DNA from: Mobula hypostoma
Taxonomy: Eukaryota
Reading direction: 5' to 3'
Assembly: GCF_963921235.1 (NCBI RefSeq)
Contig: NC_086097.1
Location: forward strand, 2,232,001-2,296,000
DNA: 64,000 bases
Of the stretch, positions 48,714 through 62,915 are shown piece by piece. A program made the position numbers and the translations under genes. Each line of letters begins with the position of its first letter. The stretch's first letter is position 1. The notes beneath the pieces were generated by a model. The model searched no databases and was not told the DNA's origin. It worked only from the letters and a program-made list of their open reading frames with translations.

Positions 48714-51700
48714 ATGCGTGCACAGCATTCTGAAGTGGGAGGGTGATCAGCCAGATGTCGTGGTGCACATCGGTACCAATGACATAGCAAGGAAGAGTGA
48801 GGAGGTCCTGGAGAGTGAGTATAGAGAGCTTGGTAGGAAGTTGAAAAGCAGGACCTCCTGGGTGATAATCTCAGGATTGCTACCTGTGCCACGTGCCAGT
48901 GAGGGTAGGAATAGGATGCTCTGGAGGAGGAACAAGTGGCTGAGGAACTGGTGTAGGGGGCAGGGTTTCAGATTTCAGGATCATTGGGACCTCTTCTGGG
49001 GCAGATGGGACCTGTACAAGAGAGACAGGTTACACCTGAACTACAAGGGGACCAATATCCTTTCAGGGAGGTTTGTTAGTGCTATTGGGGACGGTTTAAA
49101 CAAGATTTGCAGGGGGATGGGAACCAGAGTGCCAGAGCAGAGAGTGAAGCTGGGGTGAAAATAAACTATGTTAAAAGTTCATGCAAAGTCACAAACAGAA
49201 GGGTTGTGTGTAGTGGTAATAATCTTCTGAGGTGAGGCTATTTCAATGCAAGGAGTATTGTGGGGAAGGCAGACGAGCTGAGGGCGTGGATTGACCCATG
49301 GAATTACGACATTATAGCCATTACTGAAACTCTGCTACAGGAGGGACAGGACTGGCAGCTTAATGTTCCAGGGTTCCGATATTTCAGGCATGATAGAGGC
49401 AGGGGAATGAAGGGTGGGGCGGGGGGGAGGTGGCATTGCTTGTCAGGAAAATGTTACAGCAGTGCTCAGGTAGGACAGATTAGAGGGCTTGTCTACCGAG
49501 GCCATATGGGTGGAGCTGAGAAACAGGAAAGGTATGACCACATTAATGGGGTTGTATTATAGACTACCCAACAGTCAGCGAGAATTGGAGGAGCAAATCT
49601 GCAGAGAGATAGCAGGCAACTGCAGGAAACATAAAGTTGTGGTGGTAGGGGATTTTAACTTTCCACATATTGATTGGGACTCCCATACTGTTAAAGGTCT
49701 AGATGGGTTAGAGTTTGTGAAATGTGTTCAGGAAAGTTTTCTAAATCAATATATAGAGGTACCAACTAGAGAGGATGCAATATTAGATCTCCCATTAGGA
49801 ACCGAGTTAGGACAGGTGACGGGAGTGTGTGCAGGGGAGCACTTTGGTTCCAGTGATGAAAACACCATTGGTTTCAACTTGATCATGGATAAAGATAGCA
49901 AGGAATAGCAAGGATAGAGAGGAATTCTGCAGATGCTGGAATTTCAAGCATCACACATCAAAGTTGTTGGTGAACGCAGCAGGTCAGGCAGCATCAATAG
50001 GAAGAGGTATAGTTGATGTTTTGGGCTGAGACCCTTCGTCAGGCTAGTAAGAGATTACTAGCCTTCTTTCAGTTAGTCCTGACAAAGGGTCTCGGCCCGA
50101 AACGTCAATTGTACCTCTTCCTATTGATGCTGCCTGACCTGCTGCGTTCACCAGCAACTTTGATGGATAAAGATAGATCTGGTCCTCGGGTTGAGGTTTT
50201 AAACTGGAAAAAGGCCAAATTTGAAGAAATGAGACAGGATCTGAAAAGCGTGGATTGGGACAGGTTGTTCTCTGGCCAGGAGGTGATTGGGAAGTGGGAT
50301 GCCTTCAAAGGAGAAATTTTGAGAGTGCAGAGCTTGTATGTTCCCATCAGGATTAAAGGCAAAGTGAATAGGAATAAGGAACCTTGGTTCTCAAGGGATA
50401 CTGGAACTCTGATAAAGAAGAAGAGAGAGTTGTATGAGATGTATAGGAAACAGGGAATAAATGAAGTGCTTGAGGAGTATAAAAAGTGCAAGAAAATACT
50501 TAAAGAAATCAGGAGGGCTAAAAGAAGACATGAGGTTGCTTTGGCAGTCAAGGTGAAGGATAATCCAAAGAGCTTCTACAGGTATATTAAGAGCAAAAGG
50601 ATTGTAAGGGATAAAATTGGTCCTCTTGAAGATCAGAGTGGTCGGCTATGTATGGAACCAAAAAAAATGGAGGAGATCTTAAGTGGGTTTTTTGTGTCTG
50701 TATTTACTAAGGAGACTGGCATGAAGTCTATGGAATTAAGGGAAACAAGTAGTGAGATCATGGAAACTGTACAGATTGAAAAGGAGGAGGTCCTTGCTAT
50801 CTTGAGGCAAATCAGAGTAGATAAATCCCTAGGACCTGACAGGATATTCCCTCGGACCTTGAAGGAGACTAGTGTTGAAATTGCAGAGGCCCTGGCAGAT
50901 ATATTTAAAATGTCAGTATCTACGGGTGAGGTGCAGGAGGACTGGAGAATGGCTCATGTTGTTCCGTTGTTTAAAAAAGGCTCTAAAAGTAATCTGGGAA
51001 ATTATAGGCCAGTAAATTTGATGTCAGTACAAGGTAAATTATTGGAAGGAGTACTGAGAGATAGGATCTACAAGTATTTGGATAGACAGGGACTTATTGG
51101 GGAGAGTCAACATGGCTTTGCGCATGGTAAGTCATGTTTAACCAATCTATTAGAGTTTTTTGAGGAGGTTACCAGGAAAGTGGATGAAGGGAAGGCAGTG
51201 GATGTTGTCTACATGGACTTCAGTAAGACCTTTGACAAGGTCCCGCATGGGAGGTGAGTTAGGAAGGTTCAGTCGCTAGGTATACATGGAGAGGTGGTAA
51301 ATTGGATTAGACATTGGCTCGATGGAAGAAACCAGAGAGTGGTGGTAGAGAATTGCTTCTCTGAGTGGAGGCCTGTGACTAGTGGTGTGCCACAGGGATC
51401 AGTGCTGGGTCCGTTATTTGTCATCTATATCAATGATCTGGATGATAATGTGGTAAATTGGATCAGCAAATTTGCTGATGATACAAAGATTGGAGGTGTA
51501 GTAGACAGAGAGGAAGGTTTTCAAAGCTTGCAGAGGGATTTGGACCAGCTGGAAAAATGGCAGATGGAGTTTAATACAGACAAGTGTGAGGTATTGCACG
51601 TTGGAAGGACAAACCAAGGTAGAACATACAGGGTAATTGGTAAGGCACTGAGGAGTGCAGTAGAACAGAGGGATCTGGGAATACAGATACAAACTATCCT

Positions 51701-52368
51701 AAAAGTGGCGTCACAGGTAGATAGGGTCGTAAAGAGAGCTTTTGGTACATTGGCCTTTATAAATCAAAGTATTGAGTATAAGAGCTGGAATGTTATAATG
51801 AGGTTGCATAAGGCATTGGTGAGGCCGAATCTGGAGTATTGTGTTCAGTTTTGGTCACCAAATTACAGGAAGGATATAAATAAGGTTGAAAGAGTGCAGA
51901 GGTTTACAAGGATGTTGCCAGGACTTGAGAAACTCAGTTACAGAGAAAGGCTGAATAGGTTAGGACTTTATTCCCTGGAGCGTAGAAGAATGAGGGGAGA
52001 TTTGATAGAGGTATATAAAATTATGATGGGTATAGATAGAGTGAATGCAAGCAGGCTTTTTCCACTGAGGCAAGGGGAGAAAAAAACCAGAGGACATGGG
52101 TTAAGGGTGAGGGGGGAAAAGTTTAAAGGGAACATTAGGGGGGGCTTCTTCACACAGAGAGTGGTGGGAGTATGGAATGAGCTGCCAGATGAAGTGGTAA
52201 ATCTGGGCTCACTTTTAATATTTAAGAAAAACTTGGACAGGTACATGGATGGGAGGTGTATGGAGGGATATGGTCCGTGTGCAGGTCAATGGGACGAGGC
52301 AGAAAAATGGTTTGGCACAGCTAAGAAGGGACAAAAGGCCCGTTTCTGTGCTGTAATGTTCCATGGTT
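48714..52368 (+). mobile_element. Long CR1 LINE (ORF1 esterase plus ORF2 EN/RT), decayed
   Basis: VVVHIGTND..DRLHLN, YDIIAITET, VVGDFNFPHIDW and RT motifs. Candidate TSD CTAAA (48709-48713 / 52369-52373). Confidence 0.95.
49899..50162. mobile_element. Penelope-like fold-back element with about 88-bp inverted arms
   Basis: 14-bp TSD ATGGATAAAGATAG (49885-49898 / 50163-50176). Arms at about 49957-50043 and 50078-50165 each carry a mutated hammerhead core. Confidence 0.8.
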
Positions 52369-52736
52369 CTAAACAACATCACCCAACTCTGTGGCATACC
52401 ATCGATTTAAAATACAATAAAACCCCCATTAAAAAGTTCAGCAGAGGCAGGTGAAGACTAGCGCCATGTTCACATTGAACATGGTGGTTTCAGTGAACAA
52501 GGCTTGCTAACTGAACAAAGTGTGGTTAATGCCATACTTTATTTATGACAAAACACAAGAGCTAGTGACAGAATGACTCTACAAAGCAACCGAAGAAAAC
52601 AGTCTCTCAAAACATGAGAATGGCCCAAGAACATAGAATGAAATTTGACGACCTTTCCAGAGGAGGGGAGGAGGGAGATGCAGCAGAAAGACGCAAATGA
52701 CCAACAGACAGAAATACATGCCATGATAATGAGGGG

Positions 52737-53598
52737 TGTTACATGCTCAAGGAGACGTGTTTTATTTTGTGAGAATGATGTAATGGTCTTTTGGAGGTCA
52801 CCTGATGTGATTTTCCCACCGATGTGAGGTCATGTGATGACATGTGACCCGTGACTATATAAGGGTCGACCCAGGGGATGCAGTTGGGGGTTTTTGAGAT
52901 TGTAGATTTCCAGGTAGAACGTGCTGTATCTCCGATTCTGTTGCGTGTTTGTTTTTGTGACGCAGTTTCATTTTTAAAATGGAGTGTGCGTTCTGTTGCA
53001 AGGAACCATATTATTTGGACTCGAATGTTTTGCTAAATGTGTTGATTTACTCACTTCCAACATTAGAAGGGAGAGTGAAGAATTCATCGAAGGATCGAGA
53101 GAAGTCGGCATCATTTGGCAGTTTAATAAAGAATCGACCTTATTGAGTCTTCGTTGGAGGAGAACCTGCATCGAGATAACTGTTGCCAGAAAGAGCAAAG
53201 AGTTCATGCAAAAAGGTGCTCTCTGTCTATAAAGGAATTTAAGGTCAGTTGATTTAAACTCTTTATTTTCGGCGTTGTGAATCCTGTGGACAGAATCAGC
53301 AGGAAAGTCGCGTCTCCGAAGAAATCCTTCTCCAGAGAAGTCTCTCCCAATTGAACGTGTAAATCTGCTGGACTTTCGAAGTTATCGCTTTAAAAAATGC
53401 ATCGCTTTAAGAACTGATTTCGCATTTAACGCTTTAAGAACCACAGCCGAGTGGCGAGTTGGTGAACGGCTGTATATCTGTTAACTTCCGGTTTTTGTTT
53501 GTTTTTTTTTCCTTATCGTTTATCCGTGCTAAATAAATGTTTGGTTGTTTTTATATAACCGGTCTCAGTTGATATTCATTGTTGCCGGTTACGTAACA
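52737..53598 (+). mobile_element. Solo LTR (Gypsy-like), 862 bp
   Basis: TGTTAC...GTAACA inverted termini, 4-bp TSD GGGG (52733-52736 / 53599-53602), TATATAAG at 52856 and AATAAA at 53532. Confidence 0.9.
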
Positions 53599-53775
53599 GG
53601 GGCCGACTCCACACACCATTCTCCCTTTACACCCCTGGTTCAACCATAACTAGCCCCCAGGCCATGTCAGTACCCTCAACAAATGGGATGACAGATCACA
53701 CAACTACGTTGCAGAGATAAATTGGAACCATGCATTCACACATGAAAGGAATGAATAATTTTAAAGACAGAAGCT

Positions 53776-56700
53776 AACACGGTGTACTCCACATCACCAT
53801 CACACTGTGAAACACAGTATACTCCATCATAGCAACACACTGTAAAACACAGTATACTCCATCATACCAACACACTGTGAAACACAGTATACTCCATCAT
53901 ACCAACACTGTGAAACACAGTATACACCAGCAAACCAACACACTGTGAAACACAGTATACTCCAGCAAACCAACACACAGTGAAACACAGTGTATTCCAT
54001 CATACCAACACACTGTGAAACACAGTATACTCCATCATTCCAACACACTGTGAAACACAGTATACTCCATCATAGCAACACACTCTGAAACACAGTATAC
54101 TCCATCATACCAAAACTGTGAAACATAGGATACTCCATCATACCAACACACTGTGAAACACGGTATACTCCATCATACCAACACACTGTGAAACATGGTA
54201 TACTCCATCATACCAACACACTGTGAAATACAGTATACTCCATCATACCAACACACTGTGAAACACAGCATACCCCATCATACCAACACACTGTGAAACA
54301 CAGTATACTCCATCATACCAACACACTGTGAAACAAAGTATACTCCATCATACCAACACACTGTGAAACACAGTATACTACATCATACCAACACACTGTG
54401 AAACACAGTATACTCCATCATACCAACACACTGTGAAACAAAGTATACTCCATCATACCAACACACTGTGAAACACAGTATACTACATCATACCAACACA
54501 CTGTGAAACACAGCATACCCCATCATACCAACACACTGTGAAACACAGTATACTCCATCATACCAACACACTGTGAAACAAAGTATACTCCATCATACCA
54601 ACACACTGTGAAACACAGTATACTCCACCATACCAACACACGGTGAAACACAGTGTACTCCATCATACCAACACACTGTGAAATACAGTATACTCAATCA
54701 TACCAGAAATGTGTAACACAGTATACTCCATCATACGATCACACTGTGAAACACAGGACACTCTATCATACAAACACACTCTGAAACACAGTATACTCCA
54801 TCATATCAACACTCTGTGAAACACAGAACACTCCACCATACCAATACACTGTGAAACACAGCATACTAATCGTACCAACACACTGTGAAACACAGTATAC
54901 TCCATCATACCAACAAACTGTGAAACACAGTATACTCCATCATACCAACACACTGTTAAACACAGTATACTCCATCATACCAACACACTGTGAAACACAG
55001 TATACTCCATCATACCAAAAACACTATGAAACACAGTATACTCCATCATATCAACACACTGTGAAACACAGTATACTCCATCATACCAACACACTATGAA
55101 ACACAATATACTCCATCATACCAACACTGTGAAACACAGTATACTCCATCATACCAACACACTGCGAAACATGGTATACTCCATCATATCAACACACTGT
55201 GAAACACAGTGTACTCCATCATACCAACACACTGTGAAAAACAGTACACTCCATCATACCAACACACTGAGAAATACAGTATACTCCGTCACACCAACAC
55301 TGTGAAACACAGTATACTCTATCATACCAACACACTGTGAAATATAGTACACCCCATCATACCAACACTGTGAAACACAGTATACTCCATCATACTAACA
55401 CTGTGAAGCGCAGTATACTCCATCACACCAACACACTATGAGACACTGTATACATCATACCAACACACTGTGAAACACAGTATACTCCATCATAGCAAAA
55501 CACTATGAAACACAGTATACTCCATCATACCAACACACTGTGAAACAGTGTACTCCATCATACAAACACACTGTGAAACACAGTATACTACATCATACCA
55601 ACACACTGTGAAACACAGCATACCCCATCATACCAACACACTGTGAAACACAGTATACTCCATCATACCAACACACTATGAAACAGAGTATACTCCACCA
55701 TACCAACACACGGTGAAACACAGTGTACTCCATCATACAAACACACTGTGAAACACAGTATACTACATCATACCAACACACTGTGAAACACAGCATACCC
55801 CATCATACCAACACACTGTGAAACACAGTATACTCCATCATACCAACACACTGTGAAACACAGGACACTCTATCATACCAACACACTGTGAAATACAGTA
55901 TGCACCATCATACCAACACACTGAAAAACGGTATACTCCATCACACCAACACACTATGAAACACAGTATACTCCATCATACCAAAACACTGTGAAACACT
56001 GTATACTCCATCATACCAACACACTGCGAAACACTGTATACTCCATCATACCAGCACACTGTTAAACACAGTATACTCCATCCAACCAACACACTGTGAA
56101 ACACAGTATACTCCATCATACCAACACACTGTGAAACACAGTATACTCCATCATACCAACACACTGTGAAACACACTATACTCCATCATACCAACACACT
56201 GTGAAACACAGTATACTCCATCCATACCAACACACTGTGAAACACAGTATACTCCATCATACCAACACACTGTGAAACACAGTATACTCCATCATACCAA
56301 CACACTGTGAAACACAGTATACTCCATCATACCAACACACTGTGAAACACAGTATACTCCATCATACCAACACACTGTGAAACACAGTATACTCCATCAT
56401 ACCAACACACTGTGAAACACAGTATACTCCATCATACCAACACACTGTGAAACACAGTATACTCCATCATACCAACACACTGTGAAACACAGAATACTCC
56501 ATCATACCAACACACTGTGAAACACAGCATACTCCATCATACCAACACACTGTGAAACACAGGGTACTCCATCATACAAATACACTGTGAAACACAGAAT
56601 ACTCCATCATACCAACACACTGAGAAACACAGTATACTCCATCATACCAACACACTGTGAAACACAGTATACTCCATCATACCAACACACTGTGAAACAC

Positions 56701-59700
56701 AGTATACTCCATCATACCAACACACTGTGAAACACAGTATACTCCATCATACCAACACACTGTGAAACACAGCATACTCCATCGTACCAACACACTGTGA
56801 AACACAGTATACTCCATCATACCAACACACTGTGAAATAAAGTATACTCCACAATACCAACACACTGTGAAACACAGGACACTCCATCATACCAACACAC
56901 TGTGAAACACAGTATACTCCATCATACCAACACACTGTGAAACACAGTATACTCCATCATACCAACACACTGTGAAACACAGATATACTCCATCATACCA
57001 ACACACTGTGAAACACAGTATACTCCATCATACCAACACACTGTGAAACACAGTATACTCCATCATACCAACACACTGTGAAACACAGTATACTCCATCA
57101 TACCAACACACTGTGAAACACAGTATACTCCATCATACCAACACACTGTGAAACACAGTATACTCCATCATACCAACACACTGTGAAACACAGTATACTC
57201 CATCATACCAACACACTGTGAAACACATGATACTCCATCATACCAACACACTGTGAAACACAGTATACTCCATCATACCAACACACTGTGAAACACAGTA
57301 TACTCCATCATACCAACACACTGTGAAACACAGTATACTCCATCATACCAACACACTGTGAAACACAGTATACTCCATCATACCAACACACTGTGAAACA
57401 AAGTATACTCCATCATACCAACACACTGTGAAACACAGTATACTCCATCATACCAACACACTGTGAAACACAGTATACTCCATCATACCAACACACTGTG
57501 AAACACAGTATACTCCATCATACCAACACACTGTGAAACACAGTATACTCCATCATACCAACACACTGTGAAACACAGTATACTCCATCATACCAACACA
57601 CTGTGAAACACAGTATACTCCATCATACCAACACACTGTGAAACACAGTATACTCCATCATACCAACACACTGTCATACAAACCCATACTCCATCATACC
57701 AACACACTGTGAAACACAGTATACTCCATCATACCAACACACTGTGAAACACAGTATACTCCATCATACCAACACACTGTGAAACACAGTATACTCCATC
57801 ATACCAACACACTGTGAAACACAGTATACTCCATCATACCAACACACTGTGAAACACAGTATACTCCATCATACCAACACACTGTGAAACACAGTATACT
57901 CCATCATACCAACACACTGTGAAACACACTATACTCCATCATACCAACACACTGTGAAACACAGTATACTCCATCATACCAACACACTGTGAAACACAGT
58001 ATACTCCATCATACAAACACACTGTGAAACACAGTATACTCCATCATACCAACACACTGTGAAACACAGTATACTCCATCATACCAACACACTATGAAAC
58101 ACAGTATACTCCATCATACCAACACACTGTGAAACACAGTATACTCCATCATACCAACACACTGTGAAACACAGTATACTCCATCATACCAACACACTGT
58201 GAAACACAGTGTACTCCATCATACCAACACACTGTGAAACACAGTATACTCCATCATACCAACACACTGTGAAACACAGTATACTCCATCATACCAACAC
58301 ACTGTGAAACACAGTATACTCCATCATACCAACACACTGTGAAACACAGTGTACTCCATCATACCAACACACTGTGAAACACATTATACTCCATCATACC
58401 AACACACTGTGAAACACAGTATACTCCATCATACCATCACAGTGTGAAACACACTATACTCCATGATACCAACACACTGTGAAACACAGTATACTCCATC
58501 CAACCAACACACTGTGAAACACAGTATACTCCATCATACCAACACACTGTGAAACACAGTATACTCCATCATACCAACACACTGTGAAACACAGTGTACT
58601 CCATCATACCAACACACTGTGAAACACAGTATACTCCATCATACCAACACACTGTGAAACACAGTATACTCCATCATACCAACACACTGTGAAACACAGT
58701 ATACTCCATCATACCAACACACTGTTAAACACAGTATACTCCATCCAACCAACACACTGTGAAACACAGTATACTCCATCATACCAACACACTGTGAAAC
58801 ACAGTATACTCCATCATACCATCACAGTGTGAAACACACTATACTCCATGATACCAACACACTGTGAAACACAGTATACTCCATCCAACCAACACACTGT
58901 GAAACACAGTATACTCCATCATACCAACACACTGTGAAACACAGTACTCCATCATACCAACACACTGTGAAACACAGTATACTCCATCATACCAACACAC
59001 TGTGAAACACAGTATACTCCATCATACCAACACACTGTGAAACACAGTATACTCTATCATACCAACACACTGTGAAACACACTATACTCCATCATACCAA
59101 CATACTGTGAAACACAGGGTACTCCATCATACAAATACACTGTGAAACACAGAATACTCCATCATATCAACACACTGTGAAACACAGTATACTCCATCAT
59201 ACCAACACACTGTGAAACAGAGTATACTCCATCATACAAACACACTGTGAAACAGAGTATACTCCATCATACCAACACACTGAGAAACACAGTGTACTCC
59301 ATCATACCAACACACTGTGAAACACAGTATACTCCATCATACCAACACACTGTGAAACACAGTGTACTCCATCATACCAACACACTGTGAAACACAGTAT
59401 ACTCCATCATACCAACACACTGTGAAACAAAGCATACTCCATCATACCAACACACTGTGAAACACAGAATACTCCATCATACCAACACACTGTGAAACAC
59501 AGTATACTCCATCATACCAACACACTGTGAAACATACTGTGAAACACAGGGTACTCCATCATACAAATACACTGTGAAACACAGCATACTCCATCATACC
59601 AACACACTGTGAAACACAGCATACTCCATCGTACCAACACACTGTGAAACACAGTATACTCCATCATACCAACACACTGTGAAACACAGTATACTCCATC

Positions 59701-61500
59701 ATACCAACACACTGTGAAACACAGAATACTCCATCATACCATCACAGTGTGAAACACACTATACTCCATGATACCAACACACTATGAAACACAGTATACT
59801 CCATCATACCAACACACTGTGAAACCCAGTGTACTCCATCATACCAACACACTGTGAAACACAGTGTGCACCATCATACCAACACACTGTGAAACCCAGT
59901 GTACTCCATCATACCAACACACTGTGAAATACAGTATGCACCATCATACCAACACACTGTGAAACACAGTATACTGCATACCAACACACTGAAAAACGGT
60001 ATACTCCATCACACCAACACACTATGAAACACAGTATACTCCATCATACCAAAACACTGTGAAACACTGTATACTCCATCATACCAACACACTGCGAAAC
60101 ACTGTATACTCCATCATACCAGCACACTGTTAAACACAGTATACTCCATCCAACCAACACACTGTGAAACACAGTATACTCCATCATACCAACACACTGT
60201 GAAACACAGTATACATCATACCAACACACTGTGAAACACAGTGTACTCCATCATACCAACACACTGTGAAACACAGTATACTCCATCATACCAACACACT
60301 GTGAAACAAAGCATACTCCATCATACCAACACACTGTGAAACACAGTATACTCTATCATACCAACACACTGTGAAACACAGGGTACTCCATCATACAAAT
60401 ACACTGTGAAACACAGCATACTCCATCATACCAACACACTGTGAAACACAGCATACTCCATCGTACCAACACACTGTGAAACACAGTATACTCCATCATA
60501 CCATCACAGTGTGAAACACAGTATACTCCATCATACCAACACACTGTGAAACACAGTATACTCCAGCATACCAACACACTGTGAAACAAAGTATACTCCA
60601 GTAAACCAACATACAGTGAAACACAGTGTACTCCATCATACCAACACACTGTGAAACAGAGTATACTCCATCATACCAACACACTATGAAACAAAGTATA
60701 CTCCATCATACCAACACACTGTGAAACACAGGGTACTCCATCATACAAATACACTGTGAAACACAGCATACTCCATCATACCAACACACTGTGAAACACA
60801 GCATACTCCATCGTACCAACACACAGTGAAACACAGTATACTCCATCATACCAACACACTGTGAAACACAGAATACTCCATCATACCATCACATTGTGAA
60901 ACACAGAATACTCCATCATACCAACACACTGTGAAACACAGTATACTGCATACCAACACACTGAAAAACGGTATACTCCATCACACCAACACACTATGAA
61001 ACACCGTATACTCCATCATACCAAAACACTGTGAAACACTGTATACTCCATCATACTAACACACTGTGAAACACTGTATACTCCATCATACCAAAACACT
61101 GTGAAACACTGTATACTCCATCATACCAACACACTGTGAAACACTGTATACTCCATCATACCAGCACATTGTTAAACATAGTATACTCCATCCAACCAAC
61201 ACACTGTGAAACACAGTATATTCCATCATACCAACAGAATGTGAAACACAGTATACTCCAGCATACCAACACACTGTGAAACAAAGTATACTCCAGTAAA
61301 CCAACATACAGTGAAACACAGTGTACTCCATCATACCAACACACTGTGAAACAGAGTATACTCCATCATACCAACACACTGTGAAACACAGTATATTCTA
61401 TCATACCAACACACTATGAAACACAGTATACTCCATCATACCAACACACTGTGAAACACAGTATACTCCATCATACCAACACTGTGAAACAGTGTATATG
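53776..61500. repeat. 35-bp satellite/minisatellite (ACACTGTGAAACACAGTATACTCCATCATACCAAC), about 220 units
   Basis: Continuous tandem array with a homogeneous centre and more diverged ends. Confidence 0.98.
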
Positions 61501-62454
61501 CCATAATATCAAGACATCCTGTGGGGTATATCAAATTAACTTCCCCTGCTTCACTTCGCAATGTTGATGGTCACTATCTCAAGAATTGAGTGTTTCATCC
61601 GGCATGTTAGAACCAAGGGAGAATCTAACGCTGTCTTTGTTTGCAGCCCTGTTTTCACCCCAGTTTCTTACACCTGACTTGTTTTTATTTTTAGCTCATA
61701 AAATTCCTACTGTACTGTACAATTCTCCTCGGCAGCTCACTGCACCTGTACTGCGTGTGTGGCAGTGACATTTCCATACTACTGTACACAGCCCATTTAG
61801 TGTAAAGGTGGGAAGCCATCAGTCACTCCATTGAGGATTGTTCTTTGACCAGCTCCTGAGCCATGTATTTTCCTGGGTAATATACACAGAATGCTCGGGG
61901 AAAAGGTAGCCCCTATGGAGGTAAATAAAAAGTGGTTATTTCTGGCCAATACCCTTCATTCGGACCTGATGAAGGGTGTTAGCTGGAAATACCAACTGTG
62001 TATTCTCCTCATTAGATGCTGCCTGACCTGCTGACTGCCTCCAACCTTTTGTTTGTGCTGCAGCATCTGCAGAACATCCTGTGTTTTCCTTTCCCGGGAT
62101 GCCACTGTGTGCCGTTTGCCCTCATTCATAAGAGTTGTACAAAACAGTGCAACTGATTCATACCAACCAAGATACTCATCTGTGGTTACAAAACTTCCCC
62201 ACATTTGGACAGTGTGGCGATCCATGCACCTACTGAAATGCCACTTCAACGCTGTGATTGTACCAGCCTCCACCACTTCTTCTTGTAACTTATCCATTAT
62301 CCCAACATCTGCTTTGTGGAGAAACCTGCTTCTCAGATGTCCTTTAATACTTCAGCTCTCACCTTAAACATGTGTTCTCTAGTTTTAGATTCACAACAAA
62401 CTCGAACTGAACAACATGGTTTTCACCTCTCTCAGCTGTGAGATCATAGGATTC

Positions 62455-62915
62455 AAGAGTCACAGATTGTTTAATGTCATTTCCAGCACAGCAAAGGAGA
62501 CCAAATTAGCCATTACTCTAGATCTGATGCAGCAGCACAGAAGAACTCACTAAGATAAAGAACACAATAATAAAAAAAACACCATCAATATAAATATACT
62601 CGATATGTCATGTGCTGTGTGCGATTGCTGATATTGTGGCTTGCACCTTGATTCTGGAGTAACACTGTTTTATTTGGCTGTGTTCATCGGTATTCATGTA
62701 TTGTTAAATGACAATTAAACTTAAACTTGAACTAAATATAAAAGAAAGTTTATATAACGTTGTGGTGGCTGGGGGAGTAGTGGGGTATATTAATGGATGG
62801 TGGTGTTGATCATCTTTCTTGCTTGGGAAAAGTCACTGTTTTTGAGACTGGTCATCCTGACATGGATGCTATGTACCCTCTTCCCAGATAGGAATGGGAC
62901 AAACAGTCATGAGCA
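62455..62915 (-). mobile_element. Rex1-like LINE 3' end remnant
   Basis: Similar to 1-255 (GGTGTTGATCA..CTT.CT.CT.GGG.AAAGT.ACTGT.TTTGAG). Confidence 0.55.

Noticed and set aside
48714..52368. Intact, active CR1 element
   Set aside because: ORF1 is 5'-truncated and ORF2 has frameshifts, a stop at 51255-51257 and an insertion. No intact autonomous element was found anywhere in the window.
53827..61379. Numerous short ORFs in the satellite
   Set aside because: Artefacts of frame rotation through a 35-bp unit.
53776..61500. CRISPR array (35-bp repeat with a hairpin)
   Set aside because: Units abut directly with no unique spacers, there are no cas genes, and the context is vertebrate.
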